DNA of 64,000 nucleotides from Lachnospiraceae bacterium UBA7143 (GTDB lineage Bacteria; Bacillota; Clostridia; Lachnospirales; Lachnospiraceae), in contig DKWV01000044.1 of the NCBI GenBank assembly GCA_002491905.1, forward strand, positions 34,104 to 98,103. Direction: 5' to 3'. The notes beneath the pieces are model-generated. The model saw nothing but the letters and a program-made list of their open reading frames with translations, had not been told where the DNA came from and did not search any database. Positions 58,094-64,000 of the stretch are shown one piece after another (position 1 is the first letter of the stretch; every line of letters begins with the position of its first letter). A program made the translations under genes and the position numbers.

Positions 58094-59638
58094 CTAATCC
58101 CCGATAGAGTCTTTAACGGAAACGGTCACCTTCCTGTCGTAGCAGGAGAAAATATCCTCTAACGCCTTTTCGTCGGGCGCCTTTGTCACCATACTCACCA
58201 CCGGCACAATCACAAGACCCGCCAGCATGCAGAAAGCCCCTGCGTTGATCGGTGACTGTAAGTACGCGGGAAAACTCGGGCGGAAGAAAATGTTGGCAAG
58301 CATCACGACCGTAGAAAACAGAAAGCTTACCCAGCAGGCCGCCTTGGTTGTCCGCTTCCAGTACAGTCCGTAGAGGAAAGGCGCCAAAAATGCACCAGCC
58401 AGCGCGCCCCAGCTCACGCCCATGAGCTGCGCGATAAAGGTGACATTGGAACGGTACTGGATCAGCGCAAGCACCACGGATATCGCGATAAACACCACAA
58501 GAAGCGCGCGCATCCATCTGACCTGTTCCCTTTCGTCCATCTCCTTTTTAATATTACCTTTAATAAAGTCCAGCGTCAAGGTGGAGCTTGATGCCAATAC
58601 AAGGGAAGACAAGGTGGACATGGAGGCGGACAGCACCAGAATCACCACAACAGCAATCAAAATAGCCGGAAGGCCGGAAAGCATGGTGGGCACCACAGAA
58701 TCGTAGCCATTTGCGGCAATGTCGATCCTGTCGCTAAACAGCCGTCCAAAACCGCCGAGGAAATAGCAGCCACCCGCCACAATCGTCGCAAAAACGGTAG
58801 AAATAATCATGCCCTTGTTGATCGCGCTCTCGCTCTTGATGGCGTAAAACTTCTGCACCATCTGGGGCAGCCCCCATGTTCCAAGACTGGTGAGAATCAC
58901 CACGCCGAGAAGCCCCGCCGGATCGGGTCCAAAGAAGGAGTTAAACACGCCGGGAGCGGCGGAAACCGTCTCGTCACTCACCGCCGCCAGCTTGTCAAGC
59001 GCCGCAAGGAAACCGCCCTGCGCGTTTAACACCGCGAAAATCACGGCAATAATTCCGAAAATCATGATAATACCCTGAATAAAATCGTTGATGGCGGTCG
59101 CCATGTAACCTCCGGCTATGACATAGATGCCCGTAAGCACCGCCATAACAATCACGCACACACTGTAATCAATGTCAAAAGCCATGCCGAACAGGCGGCT
59201 TAAGCCGTTATAGAGACTGGCCGTGTAGGGAATCAGAAAAATAAAGATAATCGCCGAAGCCGCCAGCTTCAAGGGCTTGCTTCCAAAACGCTCCCCGAAA
59301 AACTGGGGCATGGTCGCGCTGTCCAAATGCTGGGTCATGATGCGGGTGCGTCTCCCAAGCACCGCCCATGCAAGAAGCGAACCTAAAAAAGCATTTCCCA
59401 GCCCTGCCCAGGTAGCGGCAATTCCATACTTCCAGCCAAACTGCCCCGCATAGCCCACGAAAACTACCGCAGAAAAATAGCTGGTGCCGTAGGCGAATGC
59501 TGTCAGCCACGGGCCGACGCTTCTCCCTCCCAACACAAAACCGTTCACATCAGTGGCGTGTTTACGGCAGTAAAGCCCGATGCCGATCATCACGCCGAAG
59601 AATACGACAAGCATTAATATTTTAATAAAAAGATCCAT
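58094..59638 (-). CDS. Sodium:solute symporter (SSS family)
   Basis: F.LGGRS.GPW, GG..A...ND..QG, GLPQM...FY, ASMSTLSS; about 13 TMs. Confidence 0.9.
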   Translation of the reverse strand: MDLFIKILMLVVFFGVMIGIGLYCRKHATDVNGFVLGGRSVGPWLTAFAYGTSYFSAVVFVGYAGQFGWKYGIAATWAGLGNAFLGSLLAWAVLGRRTRIMTQHLDSATMPQFFGERFGSKPLKLAASAIIFIFLIPYTASLYNGLSRLFGMAFDIDYSVCVIVMAVLTGIYVIAGGYMATAINDFIQGIIMIFGIIAVIFAVLNAQGGFLAALDKLAAVSDETVSAAPGVFNSFFGPDPAGLLGVVILTSLGTWGLPQMVQKFYAIKSESAINKGMIISTVFATIVAGGCYFLGGFGRLFSDRIDIAANGYDSVVPTMLSGLPAILIAVVVILVLSASMSTLSSLVLASSSTLTLDFIKGNIKKEMDEREQVRWMRALLVVFIAISVVLALIQYRSNVTFIAQLMGVSWGALAGAFLAPFLYGLYWKRTTKAACWVSFLFSTVVMLANIFFRPSFPAYLQSPINAGAFCMLAGLVIVPVVSMVTKAPDEKALEDIFSCYDRKVTVSVKDSIGD

Positions 59639-59723
59639 CTTTGTGTTCTCCTCTGTCTTGATTGTATAGAAACTTATGGCACATCTGGCGCGATGCCTCC
59701 GCATAAGCCGGATGTGCAGTCAC

Positions 59724-61361
59724 TTAATTCCTGATCTGGGCTTCCACCAGACTGCCGTGACAGTACCGCTCCCTCAACACCGGCTTCTCGATTTTACCTG
59801 TAGGATTTCTGGGTACCTTCTCAAAGATAAGCTTTCTTGGGCGTTTATAGCGGGGGAGCTCCTTGCAGAAGTCCATGATCTCCTCCTCTGTGCACAAGAC
59901 ACCCTCCTTCAGCTCGATCACCGCCGCCGCGATCTCTCCAAGCCTGCTGTCCGGCAGGCCGATCACCGCCACGTCCTTGATCTTATCGTTCCGGCGCAGG
60001 AAATCTTCGATCTGTACCGGATAAAGGTTTTCCCCGCCAGAGATAATGACGTCCTTCTTGCGGTCCACCAGATAGATAAAACCGTCCTCATCCATCCGTG
60101 CCATATCCCCCGTATAGAGCCAGCCGTCCTTTAACACCTCGTCCGTGGCTTCCGGGTTTTTATAGTAGCAGAGCATAACGCCCGGGCCGTGGACAATCAG
60201 CTCGCCCACTTCTCCCTGTGCAACCTCTTTTCCCTGTTCGTCGACGATCTTCGCCTCCCAGTGGTAACCGGGTTTCCCGATGGCTCCCACCTTATGTATG
60301 TTCTCCACACCCAGATGCACACAGCCGGGACCGATGGATTCGCTCAGTCCATAGTTGGTGTCGTACTGGTGGTGCGGGAAATGCTTCTTCCAACGCTGGA
60401 TCAGGCTGGGCGGAACAGGCTGGGCTCCGATGTGCATCAGTCTCCACTGCTCCAGCAGATAATGCCCCATTTCCACCTTTCCGGAATCTATGGCGTCCAG
60501 AAGATCCTGCGCCCAGGGTACTAACAGCCATACGATCGTGCACTGTTCCTCCGTCACCGCCCGCAGAATCCACTCCGGGCTCACGCCGCGCAGAAGCACC
60601 GCCTTGCCCGCCGTGATCAGGGAACCGAACCAGTGCATCTTCGCCCCTGTGTGATAGAGCGGCGGAATACACAGAAACACGTCGTCCTTCGTCTGCCCGT
60701 GATGGTTCTGCTCCGTCTCGCAGGAAGAACGCAGCGCCCGGTGGTTGTGAAGGATCGCCTTCGGAAATCCCGTCGTGCCGGAGGAAAAATAAATCGCCGC
60801 GTAATCCTCCTCACACAAAGCTACTGGCGGCGCGCTGGAGGAACAGAACCCCATCAGTTTCAGGCAGTCCTCCGTATAATCAGGACCGCCCGTCCCCGGG
60901 AAAAACATCATCCCGACTCCCGGCAGGTCCTCCGCAATGCTGTCCATCCGCTCGACAAACTCCGGCCCGAACACCAGCACCTCCACATCCGCCAGCTCCA
61001 GACAGTATTTGATCTCCTCCGCGGAGTAACGGAAATTCAGGGGCACGGCCACGCCGCCCGCCTTCAGGATGCCAAAATAAATTGGCAGCCATTCCAGACA
61101 GTTCATCATCAGAATGCCTACCTTCGTCTCCCGTTCCATACCGCGGCTAAGGAGCAGATTCGCGAAGCGGTTAGCCCGTCTGTCGAAATCCGCCCAGCTG
61201 AGTTCCCTGCGGTACGGAGCGCCATTCCCCGCGCTCTCAATCAGGCTGGCCTCCCGCCATGTCACCGCGCTGTCGCGCTCCTGGGAGGGATTCAACTCCA
61301 CAAGCGCCGTATCCGAGCCGTAAAGCCGGGCGTTGCGCTCCAAAAACTCTGTGATTACCAT
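59724..61361 (-). CDS. Acyl-CoA synthetase (class I adenylate-forming enzyme)
   Basis: FSSGTTGFPK, YGLSE, YTGDM, DRKKD..ISGGEN, PTGKI. Confidence 0.9.
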   Translation of the reverse strand: MVITEFLERNARLYGSDTALVELNPSQERDSAVTWREASLIESAGNGAPYRRELSWADFDRRANRFANLLLSRGMERETKVGILMMNCLEWLPIYFGILKAGGVAVPLNFRYSAEEIKYCLELADVEVLVFGPEFVERMDSIAEDLPGVGMMFFPGTGGPDYTEDCLKLMGFCSSSAPPVALCEEDYAAIYFSSGTTGFPKAILHNHRALRSSCETEQNHHGQTKDDVFLCIPPLYHTGAKMHWFGSLITAGKAVLLRGVSPEWILRAVTEEQCTIVWLLVPWAQDLLDAIDSGKVEMGHYLLEQWRLMHIGAQPVPPSLIQRWKKHFPHHQYDTNYGLSESIGPGCVHLGVENIHKVGAIGKPGYHWEAKIVDEQGKEVAQGEVGELIVHGPGVMLCYYKNPEATDEVLKDGWLYTGDMARMDEDGFIYLVDRKKDVIISGGENLYPVQIEDFLRRNDKIKDVAVIGLPDSRLGEIAAAVIELKEGVLCTEEEIMDFCKELPRYKRPRKLIFEKVPRNPTGKIEKPVLRERYCHGSLVEAQIRN

Positions 61362-61411
61362 TCCTCTTCCTCCTTTTGTTCATGCGGAGAATGCCGCATT
61401 TTCTTTTCACT

Positions 61412-61810
61412 CTAACCTAGTACATAGGCGTTCACCGTGGCATGCGCCACATAAGTGCCCAGCTCATCCCGGATATCCACCGACAAAAGCGCAGTTGTAC
61501 GGCCACTCCTTAAGCAGGATGCCTCCGCGGTCAGACGCTTTCCCCGGGCAGGGGCCAGAAAGGTGATGGACGCGTTCTGGCTCACCGTCGTTCTCTCCTC
61601 AAACCCATTGGCGGCTACCGCACAGGTAAAATCAGCCAACGTAAAAACAGCGCCTCCCATAGGGACATTGTTTGCGTTCATATGATGCGGCTCCAGAGTC
61701 AGAGAGCAGACAGACTTCCCCGGCTCGGCGGAATCAATCACAATTCCCACCGCGTCCGTAGCAAAACGATCGTTTTTGAACCGCTCCCGAATTTCTTCTA
61801 ATTTTGGCAT
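61412..61810 (-). CDS. PaaI-family hotdog thioesterase
   Basis: NDRFA, HMNANNVPMGGAVFTLAD motif. Confidence 0.85.
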   Translation of the reverse strand: MPKLEEIRERFKNDRFATDAVGIVIDSAEPGKSVCSLTLEPHHMNANNVPMGGAVFTLADFTCAVAANGFEERTTVSQNASITFLAPARGKRLTAEASCLRSGRTTALLSVDIRDELGTYVAHATVNAYVLG

Positions 61811-61849
61811 AACCGATCCCCTTTCCATACATACAAAACTACATTCAAC

Positions 61850-61878
61850 ACTTTAGCACTTTTACTCGTTAAAGTCAA
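61850..61878 (-). promoter_or_regulatory. Sigma-A promoter of the aryl-acid operon with overlapping palindrome
   Basis: TTGACT-N17-TAAAGT with TGn extension; ACTTTAGC-N10-GTTAAAGT imperfect inverted repeat. Confidence 0.6.
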
Positions 61879-61891
61879 CTGCGCATAAAGA

Positions 61892-61919
61892 AACAGCCTT
61901 GAGTTTCCCCTCGGCTGTT
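61892..61919 (-). terminator. Terminator after the VWA/small ORF genes
   Basis: AACAGCC / GGCTGTT stem with T-rich tail. Confidence 0.6.
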
Positions 61920-61927
61920 CTTTTCTC

Positions 61928-62071
61928 TTACTCCTTAATCATATCAAGTTCTGTCAAATTAACTCCGAGAGCAGTAAGAATAACTTTCAATTCGATATAT
62001 TTTCTTTTCATCTTCCTATACGCACTGGAGTCTTTATCTGTATCTATCATATAGTCCTGCAATCTTTTCAC
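61928..62071 (-). CDS. Small 47-aa protein (not in ORF track), possibly 5'-truncated
   Basis: GTG overlaps the VWA stop (GTGA); reads (M)KRLQDYMIDTDKDSSAYRKMKRKYIELKVILTALGVNLTELDMIKE*. Confidence 0.55.
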   Translation of the reverse strand: MKRLQDYMIDTDKDSSAYRKMKRKYIELKVILTALGVNLTELDMIKE

Positions 62072-63264
62072 CGGTTCACCATCAGCTTCATCATCGCCTG
62101 GTTCAGTCCGTCCACCGTCAGCTTATACATCGGAAAAATGGACTTGATTGCCGTCTCTGCCTCCCGCCAGGGCGCGTGTCCGGGCGCCATCTTGGGATTG
62201 AGCCACACGATCTTTTTATAGTGCTGTTTCATCAGAAGCAGCCAGTCCATCCCGGAAAGTCCGCCGTTCGGCCCCCTGTAGTTGCCTGTGGTGGAATAGA
62301 GCTCCTCCGGCGCCATAGCCGCGTCGCCCACAATAATCACCTTGTAGTCGCTGTCCAGATTGCGGAACATCCATTCCGTCTCGATCCACTCCCCATTCTC
62401 GCACTCCGGTGTCTTGTAGAGATTGGAATAGATACAGTTGTGGAAAAAGTAAGTCTTTACATCCTTGTAATGATTGGACTTATGCACAGACTGGAACAGC
62501 TCGCTGAGCAGCGTGGTATAGGGAATCATGGTGCCGCCCGAATCCATCAGGAGCAGAAGCTTCACGGAATTTTTCCGGGGCTTTTCCATCACGATCTGCA
62601 GACAGCCGCCGTTGTTGCAGGTGGCGTCCACAGTGCCGTTGATATCAAGTTCTGTCTCCGGGATATCCAATTTCGTGGAAAACTGCCTCAGCTTCCTAAG
62701 TGCCATCTGGAATTGCCTGTTGTCCAGCACCTTATCGTTCCGAAAATCCCGGTATTTTCTGGCGCCCACCACCTGAAAGGCCGACTGGTAGCCCGTGGTG
62801 CCCCCCACCCGGATACCGCCCATGTTGCCGCCCATATTGCCGAAGGATGTCTTTCCCATAGTGCCGATCCAGTAACTGCCGCCGTTGTGCTCCTCATTCT
62901 GGTCCCGCAGCCTGTCCTTAAACTTACTTTCAATATCGTCCTTGTCCAGGGTAATCACTTCCTGGTTCATCTCATGGCGCATTTCCTCGAAGACGTCCTG
63001 CATCTCCGGCTTATCCAGCCAGCGCAGCAGATTTTTTCCGACTTCATTCTCGGACATGACCCCCTTAAAGACTTCATCGAAAGCCATATCGAACTTGTCA
63101 AACTCCGTCTCGGATTTGACCAGAATCATGCGTGCCAGATAGTAAAACTCTGTCAGGCTGCTGTGACAGAGCCCCTGCTGCAAGGCATCCTGCAAAGTCA
63201 GCCACTCGCTCAGGGACACTTCCAGACCTTTTTCTTTTAAAGTATAGAAAAATTTACTGAACAT
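62068..63264 (-). CDS. VWA-domain (CoxE-like) protein
   Basis: LLLMDSGGTM MIDAS-like motif, VGDAAM, VWLNP; directly downstream of the MoxR ATPase. Confidence 0.85.
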   Translation of the reverse strand: MFSKFFYTLKEKGLEVSLSEWLTLQDALQQGLCHSSLTEFYYLARMILVKSETEFDKFDMAFDEVFKGVMSENEVGKNLLRWLDKPEMQDVFEEMRHEMNQEVITLDKDDIESKFKDRLRDQNEEHNGGSYWIGTMGKTSFGNMGGNMGGIRVGGTTGYQSAFQVVGARKYRDFRNDKVLDNRQFQMALRKLRQFSTKLDIPETELDINGTVDATCNNGGCLQIVMEKPRKNSVKLLLLMDSGGTMIPYTTLLSELFQSVHKSNHYKDVKTYFFHNCIYSNLYKTPECENGEWIETEWMFRNLDSDYKVIIVGDAAMAPEELYSTTGNYRGPNGGLSGMDWLLLMKQHYKKIVWLNPKMAPGHAPWREAETAIKSIFPMYKLTVDGLNQAMMKLMVNR

Positions 63265-63305
63265 AGAATCTCCATTCTGAAGTATTCCAAAACACCCGAT
63301 ATTTA

Positions 63306-64000
63306 TTAGTCAGTTTTGCTTCTCACCGTTTCCAGATCCTCGTCCTTTTTCACCACAACACCAATGAAGGGAAGTTCCTGCCTTAACCTGTCCGTGGGAA
63401 TGCCGCCGATCTGCAGGGCGTTGATCCAGTCAATCAGCTCCGAGGTACTTGGCTTTTTGCGGATGTCCTTCATAGAACGGATCCAGTAGAACACCTCCAT
63501 TGCGTCCTTAAGCAGCTTATCCTCCACATCGGGATAATGGGTTCTCACGATCTCCTCCATAAGCGTCTGATCCGGGAAATCAATGTAGTGGAAAATGCAC
63601 CTGCGCAGGAACGCATCAGGCAGCTCCTTCTCCGCATTGGAGGTGATAATCACAATAGGCCTGTGTTTCGCCTTCACGGTCCGCTTCGTCTCGTGAATAT
63701 AAAACTCCATCTGGTCGAGCTCCCAGAGCAGATCATTTGGGAATTCCAAATCCGCCTTGTCAATCTCGTCGATCAGTAGGATCACCTGCTCATCCGACTC
63801 GAAAGCCTCTCCCAGCTTGCCAAGCTTAATATAATGGGCGATATCGTCCACGCCTTCCTCTCCGAACTGCCCGTCATAAAGCCTCTGGATCGTGTCGTAC
63901 ATATAAAGCCCGTCCTGCGCTTTCGTGGTAGACTTGATGTTCCAGATAATCAGCTTCTTACCGAGAGAAGCCGCCACAGCCTGTGCCAGCATGGTCTTGC
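63306..64000 (-). CDS. MoxR-family AAA+ ATPase (5' end outside window)
   Basis: Window edge reads (G)KTMLA, the end of Walker A; LLIDEIDKAD, ITSN, LPDAFLRRC. Confidence 0.9.
   Translation of the reverse strand, partial: KTMLAQAVAASLGKKLIIWNIKSTTKAQDGLYMYDTIQRLYDGQFGEEGVDDIAHYIKLGKLGEAFESDEQVILLIDEIDKADLEFPNDLLWELDQMEFYIHETKRTVKAKHRPIVIITSNAEKELPDAFLRRCIFHYIDFPDQTLMEEIVRTHYPDVEDKLLKDAMEVFYWIRSMKDIRKKPSTSELIDWINALQIGGIPTDRLRQELPFIGVVVKKDEDLETVRSKTD

Noticed and set aside
61853-61879. CIRCE/HrcA operator (TTAGCACT..)
   Set aside because: The second arm GAGTGCTAA is absent and no chaperone genes follow.
1-64000. Many long opposite-strand ORFs (e.g. 95-937, 9529-10662, 12746-13867, 16758-17528, 37564-38847, 62176-63240)
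   Set aside because: They are antisense shadows of well-supported genes, with no recognisable motifs or RBS.
1-64000. CRISPR array, prophage, integrase or transposase
   Set aside because: No regularly spaced repeats or hallmark proteins were seen.

Overview
Chromosomal core-genome segment of an anaerobic, spore-forming Firmicute, inferred from gene content and protein style to be Lachnospiraceae-like. Almost all genes lie on the minus strand. It carries amino-acid genes (argH, asd, serC/serA, leuB/ilvD/ilvB, aroC), nrdDG, glgB, tgt/yajC, tyrS with a Tyr T-box, tRNA-Thr(CGT), c-di-GMP enzymes, cell-wall enzymes, an aryl-acid operon (thioesterase, CoA ligase, symporter, iorAB, paaK, ACT) and a MoxR/VWA pair. 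No CRISPR array, phage, integrase or transposase was seen. The most interesting signals are: (1) a WYL regulator - ClbS/DfsB-like - SPL-type radical SAM cassette whose two promoters share an identical TGACA-N5-TGTCA-N12-TAnnnT architecture, a candidate LexA-independent genotoxin/DNA-damage response; (2) two 156-171 bp multi-branched palindromic intergenic elements with GAA triloops; (3) a ParB/Srx-motif DUF1015 gene where serB would be expected; (4) the orphan IscU-like + GGGtGRT operon; (5) an unlisted 47-aa ORF coupled to the VWA gene. All family assignments come from recognising motifs by eye; no searches were run.
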